In this document: piece after piece, positions 19,874-29,207 of the stretch
Numbering within the stretch: position 1 is the stretch's first letter
Layout: every line of letters starts with the position of its first letter
NCBI GenBank assembly: GCA_036679605.1
Contig: JAZDCZ010000180.1
Coordinates: 116,967-180,966, forward strand
DNA from: Gemmatimonadota bacterium
GTDB taxonomy: Bacteria; Gemmatimonadota; Gemmatimonadetes; Gemmatimonadales; GWC2-71-9
Direction of reading: 5' to 3'
DNA length: 64,000 nt
Position numbers and translations under genes: made by a program
Notes under the pieces: model-generated
What the model was told of the DNA's origin: nothing
The model's database searches: none
What the model saw: the letters and a program-made list of their open reading frames with translations, nothing else

Positions 19874-20680
19874 GTGAAGGAACGATACCGCCAACTCAGC
19901 CACGGCCAAGCTAGTCGCGAGGCCGTCCTCGGTTTGTTGGTGGCCTCATATTTACTACTCTCTATCATAGCTTACCTCGATTTCCCTCGACACAACTCGA
20001 ATGAGCCGCTCTCCGAACTGGAACGGACGGGCCTCAGCATCTGGCGCGAGAACAACTGCCAGGCATGTCACCAAATTTACGGGTTCGGAGGATTTCTTGG
20101 CCCGGATCTTACGAATCGCGTTACCGACCAAACTCCAGATCAACAGCTGAGCCGGATACTAACTTCGGGCTCTCGCAAAATGCCGGCCTTCAATTTTTCA
20201 CCCGCCGACCAAAGTGCAGTTGCGGCGTTTCTAAGAGCTGTCAACCGTACCGGGCGCTCCCAACCGCAACCACTCGTAGCACGCCGCCCGATGAGTCCGA
20301 TCGAACAGTATCGCCTACTGCAGCAGGAGTGGACCGCTCAAACAGGAGGGGAGCTAGATCCGGAAACCCAGGCGGGCCAGGAGATCTGGCACGGCAAGGC
20401 ATGTGCTGTTTGCCATGTACCTCTTGCGGTGGGGCTGAGCGGGGCACCCGATCTTTCGAGGCGCACGGTAGACCGCTCGAGCGAAGCGTTGCACGGCGTG
20501 CTCGATCGCGGACGCGGAAACATGCCGCCATTCGCCCTAGGCGATGACGAAATCGAAGATCTCAGCGCATACCTAAATTGGTTCTCCGCGCACCGGGCTG
20601 AATTTGTGGTCCTCAACAATCGACTGACCGACCGAGAGGAGTTCTCTTGGACTCGGGTCCCTTGGTTCGAGTACAAATGA
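19874..20680 (+). CDS. Membrane-anchored di-heme cytochrome c, NorC-like
   Basis: One TM helix; CQACH-QIYGFGGFLGPDLT...KMPAF; second domain CAVCH...GAPDL...NMPPF; stop overlaps next ATG (ATGA). GTG start inferred from GGAG RBS. Confidence 0.85.
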   Translation: MKERYRQLSHGQASREAVLGLLVASYLLLSIIAYLDFPRHNSNEPLSELERTGLSIWRENNCQACHQIYGFGGFLGPDLTNRVTDQTPDQQLSRILTSGSRKMPAFNFSPADQSAVAAFLRAVNRTGRSQPQPLVARRPMSPIEQYRLLQQEWTAQTGGELDPETQAGQEIWHGKACAVCHVPLAVGLSGAPDLSRRTVDRSSEALHGVLDRGRGNMPPFALGDDEIEDLSAYLNWFSAHRAEFVVLNNRLTDREEFSWTRVPWFEYK

Positions 20681-22029
20681 GCGAATCTGAGAGTCAGCGC
20701 CGGCTCCTCGCTTGGCTCATGATATTGGCTATCGGCGCCTGCTCCATTGCAATTCTTAGCGGTCTTGCCGCAGCACTCACCTACACCGGATTAGAGCCGG
20801 CGTTACGATCGATTGGCTTGACGTTGCAGCACTTCAGAGCCGTGCACGAGACCTACGCCTTCGCATGGGTCTTCCTCGGGGGCGTTTCGATCGTCTACTA
20901 CTATCTCTATTCCAGCTATGAACCGCTTCCCCTCGCGACCCGGCGACGGTTTGTGTGGCAACTGTCGCTCTGGTCGCTGGCTGGTATCGGAATCCTGGTG
21001 TCTCTATTGAGTGGACACTTCGCCGGTAGAGAGTACCTGCAATTCCATCCACTGTTTTCTGTTGCAATATTGGCCGGCTGGGTACTCTTCGCCTGGAATT
21101 ACTTCGCTCACCTCAACGGCGGTCTCAAGGGACGCCCCGTCTACATCTACATGTGGGCTGTTGGCATCGTGTTGTTTGTCATCAGTTTCACTGAAGGACA
21201 CTTGTACCTTCTGGATTTCTTCAGCGACAGACCGACCCGCGATCTCGCGATTCAGTGGAAATCCAACGGAACACTCGTGGGCGCATTCAACCAGATAATA
21301 TATGGCTCTCTGATGTACGTCTCGGGCAAGCTGCACGGAGATGACAGCTACTCACATTCGCGCACGGCGTTTGCACTATTCTGCGTTGGTGCCCTCAACA
21401 CGTTCACCAACTATGGCCACCACACATTTCACCTACCACAAACTCCTGTAATACATTGGGTTAGTTTCCTGGTAAGCATGCTGGAGGTAGTCATTCTCGC
21501 CAAAGTGTTCCTCGATCTTCTGGCCATGCGTCGACAGCGGGAAGCACCTCCCGAACATCGCACCACCGTTTCGTTTATCCATTCGGCCACCGTATGGACG
21601 TTCGCATTGCTGATCGTCGCTCTGTTGATTTCCGTCCCCCCGCTGAACGCTCTGATCCACGGGACTCATGTGGTGGTTGCCCATTCGATGGGCAGTATGA
21701 TAGGCATAGACTCGATGATATTGTGGGCCGCAATTTCCTACGCTCTGTGGTACGTTGTTCCGCCAAGAACGGGAGTGGACATTGGGCGCGGTGTCAAAAC
21801 GGCGATCCCGTTCATAAACACGTTCTTGGCTGTGTTCCTGGCCTCGTACCTCGTGCGCGGAGCTGCAGTCGGCTGGACGCGATACGTCGGAGCATCCTCA
21901 AGAGATTTTTCGACCCTCTTGGCAATTTTTCCTGCGGTGATGGTGCTTGCCGGACTCGGGCTAGTATTGAGCACCATGTGGATTCTAGTCCAATGGCTCT
22001 TCGCCTTGGGCTTTCGAGCAGCTAAATAA
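20677..22029 (+). CDS. Divergent heme-copper superfamily subunit I, NorB-like, with substituted ligands
   Basis: Polytopic membrane protein; FRAVH, GREY, GHH, LE and HGT...AH align by eye with NorB motifs; helix VI His/Glu and one helix X His are replaced. Confidence 0.8.
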   Translation: MSESESQRRLLAWLMILAIGACSIAILSGLAAALTYTGLEPALRSIGLTLQHFRAVHETYAFAWVFLGGVSIVYYYLYSSYEPLPLATRRRFVWQLSLWSLAGIGILVSLLSGHFAGREYLQFHPLFSVAILAGWVLFAWNYFAHLNGGLKGRPVYIYMWAVGIVLFVISFTEGHLYLLDFFSDRPTRDLAIQWKSNGTLVGAFNQIIYGSLMYVSGKLHGDDSYSHSRTAFALFCVGALNTFTNYGHHTFHLPQTPVIHWVSFLVSMLEVVILAKVFLDLLAMRRQREAPPEHRTTVSFIHSATVWTFALLIVALLISVPPLNALIHGTHVVVAHSMGSMIGIDSMILWAAISYALWYVVPPRTGVDIGRGVKTAIPFINTFLAVFLASYLVRGAAVGWTRYVGASSRDFSTLLAIFPAVMVLAGLGLVLSTMWILVQWLFALGFRAAK

Positions 22030-22798
22030 TTCCGATGACTTCGGTCCCCACCCATCCTACCTTGCCATCCTCTAGGACTATTTCCAACCAATCTTCAGCC
22101 TGCTGCTCGATCCTCACTTTGGTGCCTTCGTGGATTGTAAACAACTCCAGCGAGGTATCGTCGCTTGGCGCACTGTGCACAGGCACCGACCGAACCAGGA
22201 TGATGCCTTCCTCGTGGACCCCGATGCCCAACTCGGTCACGGCGAGATTGACACCGAAAACCACTACGGTCACCATAGCACCGACAGCACTTCTGGTGGC
22301 CCACAACCGAACCCTCGGTCCCTGTGTCAAGATTCTGACAATGAAAGCCGCCGCTGCCACCAGATAGCTCACCCCGACTATGAGCACGAGCCAAAAGATT
22401 GGCAGCAGGTGCACCCACCATTTCAGCACTTGGAACGGCCAAAAAGTTGGAAGCGGAGTGATCGCGTCCGTAGCCAGCGACCTGGAGAGCGCCAAGTTTG
22501 CCTTCACATCTTGGTTGCGCGGCATCAGTCTCTGCGCTCGCTCGTAGTTGAGAATCGCACGGCCAAGTTCACCCAGCTTGAAATGGGTGTTGCCGATATT
22601 GTAAAAGAGGGCTCCGCTCTCATGACCGGAATCCAGAATCTTCTGGTAGGTTTCGAGTGCTGCCTCGAAACTGGACTCCTGATATTGTTGGTTGGCCTGC
22701 CGGAACAGCGAACGGTTCTGCTCCAGCTGAGCCACAGCACTACCGACATGAACTAGGCAGCAAAACCCCGCGACAGCGACCAACACACGGAAACTCAT
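22022..22798 (-). CDS. batE: BatE-like TPR + SH3 protein
   Basis: TPR YNIGNTHFKLGELGRAILNYERA, TM segments, SH3 LFTIHEGTKV...GWV. Confidence 0.85.
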   Translation of the reverse strand: MSFRVLVAVAGFCCLVHVGSAVAQLEQNRSLFRQANQQYQESSFEAALETYQKILDSGHESGALFYNIGNTHFKLGELGRAILNYERAQRLMPRNQDVKANLALSRSLATDAITPLPTFWPFQVLKWWVHLLPIFWLVLIVGVSYLVAAAAFIVRILTQGPRVRLWATRSAVGAMVTVVVFGVNLAVTELGIGVHEEGIILVRSVPVHSAPSDDTSLELFTIHEGTKVRIEQQAEDWLEIVLEDGKVGWVGTEVIGII

Positions 22799-24627
22799 TT
22801 GGCTATCGCCCGGTCTAAATCCGACATGGCATTCTCTGCGCGACCTAAGAATTCCAGCATCTCGGCCGGAGCCGCAGCGGACGGCGAAAACCGTTTGAGG
22901 TCACACAACTCGATGCACTCGAAGTAGGCATCTGCTACCTGATCAGATACGCCGTTTCGCTGCAATCGATTGCGCACCTCATCTTTCAAGAACCCCGCCT
23001 CAGCGATATTGAGCTTGTCTCCGAGAAACCCGAGCAGTGCCCTGCCCGCCTCTGCGTAGAACTCCTTTTGCGTACCATGATCGGCTAGAGCGCGTGCGGC
23101 AGCCATGCGTTTCCTCGCCACTCTACTGGCTCTGCGATGTCGGGCGTAGGCTACATCGCCTTGCAACCGGTCCAGATGACGGCGACCAGCCATTGCCCCG
23201 CCGACGAACATCAACGGCACCGTCAAGACGATCCAGAACAACGCCCCGTCGAAGAGCGAACGTCCGGCGGGACGCAGTGCCGGCGGACCGGTCTGTATGA
23301 ACCGGATATCTTCGCGTAGCGGCAAGATTTCTCCGCGGACCCGTCCAGCAACTCTCGGTGCCGTGACCGCATCACCGGTTACGTCGACAACGATGGGTCT
23401 GGTTGCAACCGACTTATACGACCTGGACGATCGATCGAAATAGGCGTACGTAATGGGAGGGATCGTGATGCTGCCGGGAGCCCGTGGAATCATCACGAAT
23501 TCGTAGCTCTTGGTGCCCGTAATGCGACTGCCCTCACGGTCGATCTTCTCATCTATTCTCGGAGGGTAGGTTTCCACGTCCGGCGGAAAGCCAATCTTCG
23601 GCTCCGGCACCATGCGCATGTTCCCGCTCCCGCTGAGTTCGACCCTCAAGGTGATCGCCTCGTTGGTTTCGGCTTTCCGTTTGTCGATCGATGCCGCAAC
23701 CGCGAGGCTTCCAACCAAGCCACTGAAATCGACCGGCTTACCTTCGGCTGGCAAAGGTTCAACCGTTACAGTCAGCGGCTTTGAGGTTATGAGCTTGGTC
23801 ACTGTCCGATCGAGCAGCGGGCTTCTAAAAAAATTGTCAAACGGATCTCGCGAGGTTCTACCGACACGCACTTCGGTCGACAGGGTCATGGCTGAAACCG
23901 TCCGCTTCCCCGCACCGGTCGGGAAAAGGGCCGTTTTCTTGAGCGTAGCTACAGTGTACCGCTTGCCGTTTAGGACCTCGGTGTGAGTCTCCGGCGAGCT
24001 GGCGAGCGGGAAATCTTCCGCCCAGAACCCCGTGGTTGCCGGAGGTCGTGATAGTATATATGACGTAACCGGAACCGTTGTGTAGATCTTGTACTCCACC
24101 ACCACCGGCTCATTTTGATAGACCTTTTGCTTGTCGATCGTCGTCTTGAGAAAGAGATCGTCTGCGGAGATCACATCGGCAGCGTCGTTCCGCGCAACTC
24201 CACGGTTGCCCCGCCCGGGCCCAGCGGTCGCAGTCCGGCTAATCTCCAAATCGATGGGTTCTGTCCGGTAGGTTCTCCCCGCGACACCGACCGAAACACG
24301 CCCGATCCGGAATGACCCTACGGCGGTGGCCTGGAAGCGGTACTGCAGTGTCATGGAAACTGAAGTTCGTCCGTTTACAGTCTGCACCTGCTGGGATGAA
24401 CTGCTGCCCAGATACGCCGAGAAGGCATTCATGTCGGGCAGCTCCGGATTCGACGATAAACGACTGACCGCTCCTGTGATCTCCACCGACAAGTTGAATT
24501 GCTCGTTCAGTCCGACCGGAGAGCGATCGATGAACGCCCTGACAGACACGGTTTGAGCGACAGCAGGGCTACCAGGGATAATCGCGAGCAACATAACGAT
24601 CGCTCCCGCGACACGCCGGATCATCAC
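22795..24627 (-). CDS. batD: BatD family protein
   Basis: Signal peptide, repeated beta-sandwich domains, GFWAED, GSGNM, C-terminal TM; operon position. Confidence 0.88.
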   Translation of the reverse strand: MMIRRVAGAIVMLLAIIPGSPAVAQTVSVRAFIDRSPVGLNEQFNLSVEITGAVSRLSSNPELPDMNAFSAYLGSSSSQQVQTVNGRTSVSMTLQYRFQATAVGSFRIGRVSVGVAGRTYRTEPIDLEISRTATAGPGRGNRGVARNDAADVISADDLFLKTTIDKQKVYQNEPVVVEYKIYTTVPVTSYILSRPPATTGFWAEDFPLASSPETHTEVLNGKRYTVATLKKTALFPTGAGKRTVSAMTLSTEVRVGRTSRDPFDNFFRSPLLDRTVTKLITSKPLTVTVEPLPAEGKPVDFSGLVGSLAVAASIDKRKAETNEAITLRVELSGSGNMRMVPEPKIGFPPDVETYPPRIDEKIDREGSRITGTKSYEFVMIPRAPGSITIPPITYAYFDRSSRSYKSVATRPIVVDVTGDAVTAPRVAGRVRGEILPLREDIRFIQTGPPALRPAGRSLFDGALFWIVLTVPLMFVGGAMAGRRHLDRLQGDVAYARHRRASRVARKRMAAARALADHGTQKEFYAEAGRALLGFLGDKLNIAEAGFLKDEVRNRLQRNGVSDQVADAYFECIELCDLKRFSPSAAAPAEMLEFLGRAENAMSDLDRAIAK

Positions 24628-25361
24628 CAGTCCTTCTTCACCTTCGGCCGACCCTGCGCCTTGACTCGTCGTTTTATTTTGTTGGGGTCTTCCTTGATTG
24701 CTTGCAGCAATCTCTCCGCTTGCTCGCGGGTCATCTGATTTGGTTTCTGCCGGCGGTCTTGCTGCTGGTTCTGTCGATCGTCCTTATTATCGTTTGGTTT
24801 CTCTTGTGGCTTGTTCTGCTGTTGCCGGTCGTCATCATCTTTCGGTTTCTGCTGCTCTTTGTTGTCCTGATTGTGATCCTTGTTCTGTTTCTTGTCCTGG
24901 TTCTTGTCTTGCTGCTGTTGTTTCTGCTCCTCACGCTTCCGCAACGCGAGTTCCAAGTTGTGCTTGGCGTCGTAGTCGTGTGGATCGATCCTCAGGGACT
25001 GCTTGTACGCCTCGATACTCTCGTCGAGTTTCTCGTTCCTATAGTGCACGTTGCCGACGTTATACCAAGCTTGCGACTGCAGGTCGCCATCCTCCGACTT
25101 GAGTGCCTCCTGGTAGGCAGCCATGGCTTGGTCGAATTCGTCGGTCTTGTATAGAGTGTTCGCCTCATCAAACCGAATCAGTGGTGAGTTCGGCACTTCT
25201 TTGAGTGCTTCGATATATTTGCCGCGCGCCTCAACATATTTTTCCTCGGTGAAGAGTTTATTTCCCTCCTTCACCTTGACTCGGCCCGCCTGTGCGATCA
25301 GACCCGAAGGCAACAACACGCAAACAGCTCCATAGGTCAGGCCACGCAGCAACATTCTCAT
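24624..25361 (-). CDS. batC: BatC-like TPR protein with Q/D/K/N-rich linker
   Basis: TPR motifs, AKHNLELA, low-complexity linker, AERLLQAI...KDW terminus. Confidence 0.85.
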   Translation of the reverse strand: MRMLLRGLTYGAVCVLLPSGLIAQAGRVKVKEGNKLFTEEKYVEARGKYIEALKEVPNSPLIRFDEANTLYKTDEFDQAMAAYQEALKSEDGDLQSQAWYNVGNVHYRNEKLDESIEAYKQSLRIDPHDYDAKHNLELALRKREEQKQQQQDKNQDKKQNKDHNQDNKEQQKPKDDDDRQQQNKPQEKPNDNKDDRQNQQQDRRQKPNQMTREQAERLLQAIKEDPNKIKRRVKAQGRPKVKKDW

Positions 25362-26389
25362 TGGAACCTCCCCTTCCATGCTCCCTCCGTACGGCGGCGC
25401 TCTGGGACCAAGAACTCCGCGGTCAGCAAGATCAGAGCAAGTCCAACAAAAACCTGGTATTGTTCATTGAACCGGGTAAACCGGCGCGAGCTGAGTTCGG
25501 TTTTGTCCATTTCGGCGATCTCGTCGGTCATCTCGTCCAATTCGCTCTCGCCCGAGGTAGCCCTGTAGTACCTGCCGCCGGTTCTGCTCGCGATATCTTG
25601 CAGGACAGACTCGTCGAGACGGGACAGAATCACTTCCCCGTTTTCGTCCTTCTTGAACCCCCGGCGCACACCAAGCGAATCAACATCGGGTATGGGCACA
25701 CCCTCGGACGATCCAATTCCCACCGTATAGATGATCACTCCCTCGTCGACCGCGCGTTCCAACGGCCTGCCCACATCGCCGGAGTGATCCTCACCGTCGG
25801 TTATGACTATCATGACTTGGTGCTGGCGCTCGTCACCCACAAACGCTTCCAGCGATGCCTCCAGCGCGGCCCCCAAATCAGTGCCTTGCACCGGGATCAG
25901 GTTTGGCTCCATCGAGTTCAAGAACATCTTCGCAGCACTGTAGTCCAGTGTGAGCGGGCTCTGTACGAACGCCTCGCCGGCGAACGCGACGAGTCCAATT
26001 CGATCTCCATCCAGCCGATCGATCATCGAACTCACGGCATGCTTTGCCTTTTCCAGTCGGTTTGGTGCAACATCCTCGGCCAGCATCGACTTAGATACAT
26101 CCAGAGCGACAATGATATCCTGGCCTTCTCCGCTGACGGTCTCCACCCGCGTACCAAACTGAGGACGAGCTAGACCGGTAACCAGAAAAAACACGGCGGC
26201 TACGACCAGCACGGCTTTCCAATACCGACCTCTATCGCTGACGGATCTGCTCAGTTTCACCATCAATGCCGGAGTGCCAAACCGCTCCAACGCCTTTCTC
26301 CTAAGCAGGAAGGCATACCACAGAAAGACCGCAAGTAGCGGCACCAGGGCGTAGGCAAAAAGAACGTTACTCGATCCGAATCGAAACAT
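25358..26389 (-). CDS. batB: BatB VWA domain protein
   Basis: LARPQFG, MIDAS DVSKSM, ITDGED. Confidence 0.9.
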   Translation of the reverse strand: MFRFGSSNVLFAYALVPLLAVFLWYAFLLRRKALERFGTPALMVKLSRSVSDRGRYWKAVLVVAAVFFLVTGLARPQFGTRVETVSGEGQDIIVALDVSKSMLAEDVAPNRLEKAKHAVSSMIDRLDGDRIGLVAFAGEAFVQSPLTLDYSAAKMFLNSMEPNLIPVQGTDLGAALEASLEAFVGDERQHQVMIVITDGEDHSGDVGRPLERAVDEGVIIYTVGIGSSEGVPIPDVDSLGVRRGFKKDENGEVILSRLDESVLQDIASRTGGRYYRATSGESELDEMTDEIAEMDKTELSSRRFTRFNEQYQVFVGLALILLTAEFLVPERRRTEGAWKGRFQ

Positions 26390-26392
26390 GGC

Positions 26393-27382
26393 TTACGGAA
26401 TCTTGCGCAGCTTAGTGTTGCCGAGCGCTATTTCTGAGAGTACCAACAGGAGTCCTAATCCCAAGGGAAGCGGGAATAATTCACTGTATTGAGTGTAATT
26501 CCGCACCTTGAGTTCCGTCGTCTCGAGACTATCGATTGCCTCATAGATTCTTTCGAGACTCTCGCTGTCTGTTGCGCGGAAATATTGCCCCCCGGTCAAC
26601 TCGGCGACCTCCTTGAGAGGTCCCTCGTCGATATCCACGCGCATCCTCACGTAGCGCCTCCCCGTCACCGGATCCGCCACAGGGAACGGAGCCTCTCCTC
26701 TGGTTCCCGCACCGATCGTGTAAACCTTGATGCCCAACGCCTGCGCCATTTGTGCTGCAGTCACCGGGTCTATTTCACCTCGGTTGTTTCGCCCGTCCGT
26801 TACGAGGATGACCACCTTGGACTTCGCCTCGCTGTCACTCAATCGCTTGACCGCGGTAGCTAGTCCCATCCCGATCGCGGTGCCGTCTTCCACCATCCCC
26901 ACTTGGAGATCGGCCATGACATTGAAGATGACGTTGTAGTCGAGCGTGAGTGGAGCTTGAGTAAAGGCCTCCCCGCCGAAAATCACAAGACCAATTCGGT
27001 CATTGCGCCGGCCTTCCACAAAGCTTGCTCCCACGTGCTTGGCCGCACCCAAACGGTTGGGCTGCAGGTCTTCGGCCAGCATGGAACTGGAAACGTCCAT
27101 GACCAAAACGATGTCAATCCCTTCAGTCAGAATATCCTGGCCCGAGACGCCGGACTGGGGCCTGGCAAACGCAACAATGAGCGCGGCAATGGCCAACGAT
27201 CGCAAGGCAAACAATGCGTGTCTATAACGCGCTGCTCCACCGCGACCGGCACGCTTCACCAACTCCACATTGGAGTAGCGCACTGCCGCTCCCCTGCGAG
27301 AGGTCCTCTTCCAGTACCAGATACCCATGACCGGCACGATCAGCGCCAGCAGGAGATAGTACGGGTCGGCAAATCTATACAC
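26393..27382 (-). CDS. batA: BatA VWA domain protein
   Basis: ARPQ, MIDAS DVSSSM, GTAIGMG, TDGRNN, TGGQYFRA. Confidence 0.9.
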   Translation of the reverse strand: MYRFADPYYLLLALIVPVMGIWYWKRTSRRGAAVRYSNVELVKRAGRGGAARYRHALFALRSLAIAALIVAFARPQSGVSGQDILTEGIDIVLVMDVSSSMLAEDLQPNRLGAAKHVGASFVEGRRNDRIGLVIFGGEAFTQAPLTLDYNVIFNVMADLQVGMVEDGTAIGMGLATAVKRLSDSEAKSKVVILVTDGRNNRGEIDPVTAAQMAQALGIKVYTIGAGTRGEAPFPVADPVTGRRYVRMRVDIDEGPLKEVAELTGGQYFRATDSESLERIYEAIDSLETTELKVRNYTQYSELFPLPLGLGLLLVLSEIALGNTKLRKIP

Positions 27383-28319
27383 GGCCGCCGGCTCCTACCA
27401 TCTCAGGCTCTTTCTCCTCCGCTTCCGTCTTCCCCACTTCCATTGTCTCGCCTACAAACTTGCGAGCGGTCGGGATGAGTGCCTTGCACGAATCTACCCC
27501 AGGACGATGCTTCGCAAACTTGACCAAGTCGGCTGTGCGAAGAAAATCCTCCAGAGATTCCACTTCGCGCCGGCTCAGTCGCAGCGATTCGAGTTCTCGC
27601 AAAATGTCACGCGAGGTCATTTCCATTGCCACTATTCCGAAGCGACCGTCCAAGTACACGCGCACGATTTCGGATGCCTCGGTGAAGTATCTCTTGATGT
27701 CACCGCGATCGAGCAATCTCGAGGACTCGAGCGCATCCAACGCGGCATAGGCGATTTCGTGAGGTAGCAAGTGCGGTTTCACAGATGCCTCGGCATCACC
27801 GTGCCTCATGCGTCGGACGAGCCAGAACAGCAGCGCCGCCAGAGCCAATGCACCCAGAATCCACGGCGCCAGTAACCACCAATCACGGGAAATCCCCACG
27901 GGTGGCTTTATGTCCTTGATGTCCGCGGAATCGGCAACACCTACACTGTACACGATCACCTTTATGGGATCGGTCTCGACGACATTTGTCTCCCGCGAGT
28001 CAGCCGCCGTGATCGCGAGTTCCATAGATGGGATCTCCAACTCGCCTAACTCGAAGACCGTAAGTTCATACTGCGCCCGGGACCGCACACGCCCCTCGAC
28101 GACCACCGGCTCGAGTGGCCGAAAACTCACAACCTCGAACGATCCCAATTTGTCGGGCACGTTTGGCCACTCGAATGATTCGCTCGTAGCGTGTTCGACC
28201 GCGATGGTGAGCACTACCCTGTCTCCAACCGTGATGCTGTCGGGCGCTGCCGCTGCGCTTACGACCATGTCGGAAGCCTGCAAGGCGCCGACTAGAGACA
28301 GCAGAACAAAGAAAGTCAC
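27375..28319 (-). CDS. Bat-operon membrane protein (DUF4381-like)
   Basis: Signal peptide, IKDIKPP + TM, EMTS, ADLVKFAK; operon position. Confidence 0.8.
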   Translation of the reverse strand: MTFFVLLSLVGALQASDMVVSAAAAPDSITVGDRVVLTIAVEHATSESFEWPNVPDKLGSFEVVSFRPLEPVVVEGRVRSRAQYELTVFELGELEIPSMELAITAADSRETNVVETDPIKVIVYSVGVADSADIKDIKPPVGISRDWWLLAPWILGALALAALLFWLVRRMRHGDAEASVKPHLLPHEIAYAALDALESSRLLDRGDIKRYFTEASEIVRVYLDGRFGIVAMEMTSRDILRELESLRLSRREVESLEDFLRTADLVKFAKHRPGVDSCKALIPTARKFVGETMEVGKTEAEEKEPEMVGAGGRV

Positions 28320-29194
28320 CTAACTCTCCGAGATCGGTTCGCAAAGAACCGCACCAACGGCTCGAAGTACGACTGATCGGTACGAACTTCGACGAAGTCC
28401 ACGTTCATCTTGCGAAACATCTTGCGCCGGTCTTCTTCGAGTTGACTGATCTCGGACGCGAAGGCATCTCCGAACCACGACGCCGAGGTGTCCGCCAACA
28501 GGCGCTCACCAGTCTCGGCGTCCTCCAGCTCTATGATACCCACCGGGGGGATCTCACATTCGCGGCGATCGAATATGTGGATCGCAACCAAATCGTGACG
28601 GCGCCCAGCAACGCTCAACGGACGACGATAGTCATGGGCCATGAAATCGGATACGACGAACACAACTGCACGCCGCCGCACTACGCGGGACAGGTACTCG
28701 AGCGCCATCCCCACGTCCGTGCCACGTCCTTCGGGTTCGAAGTAGAGCAGTTCACGGAGCACCCGTAGAACATGGCTCCTGCCTTTTCGTGGCGGCACGA
28801 ACTTCTCGATGCGGTCGCTGAATATGATGAGTCCCACTTTATCGTTGTTCTTGATCGCCGAGAACGCTAGTAATGCGCAGATCTCCACGGCGATCTCGCC
28901 CTTCATGCGCTCGACAGAGCCGAAATCTCCGGACGCGCTCACGTCCACCACCAGCATTACCGTGAGTTCGCGCTCCTCCTCATAGATCTTGATGTACGGG
29001 GATCCGACACGGGCGGTGACATTCCAATCGATGGTGCGGATGTCGTCGCCGAACTGGTATTCCCGAACCTCGGCAAAATCCATCCCGCGGCCCTTGAACA
29101 CCGAGTGGTACTGGCCGGAGAAAACATCGTTCACCAAGCCTCGGGTGGAGATCTCGACGCGCCTGACCTTCCTGAGGATCTCCTTGGGAATCAT
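28316..29194 (-). CDS. DUF58 protein
   Basis: GQYHSVFKGRGMDFAEVREY..GDDIRTIDWNVTAR, EEEREL, DVSAS. Confidence 0.93.
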   Translation of the reverse strand: MIPKEILRKVRRVEISTRGLVNDVFSGQYHSVFKGRGMDFAEVREYQFGDDIRTIDWNVTARVGSPYIKIYEEERELTVMLVVDVSASGDFGSVERMKGEIAVEICALLAFSAIKNNDKVGLIIFSDRIEKFVPPRKGRSHVLRVLRELLYFEPEGRGTDVGMALEYLSRVVRRRAVVFVVSDFMAHDYRRPLSVAGRRHDLVAIHIFDRRECEIPPVGIIELEDAETGERLLADTSASWFGDAFASEISQLEEDRRKMFRKMNVDFVEVRTDQSYFEPLVRFFANRSRRVR

Positions 29195-29207
29195 ACCGGC
29201 CGCACCT

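Noticed and set aside
20677..22029. Call as cbb3 oxidase subunit I or canonical norB
   Set aside because: Helix VI His is absent, no ccoOQP or norQD genes are present, and key NorB ligands differ, so no gene symbol was assigned.
24702..25154. Very hydrophobic 150-aa plus-strand ORF
   Set aside because: Antisense shadow of the Q/K/D/N-rich BatC linker.
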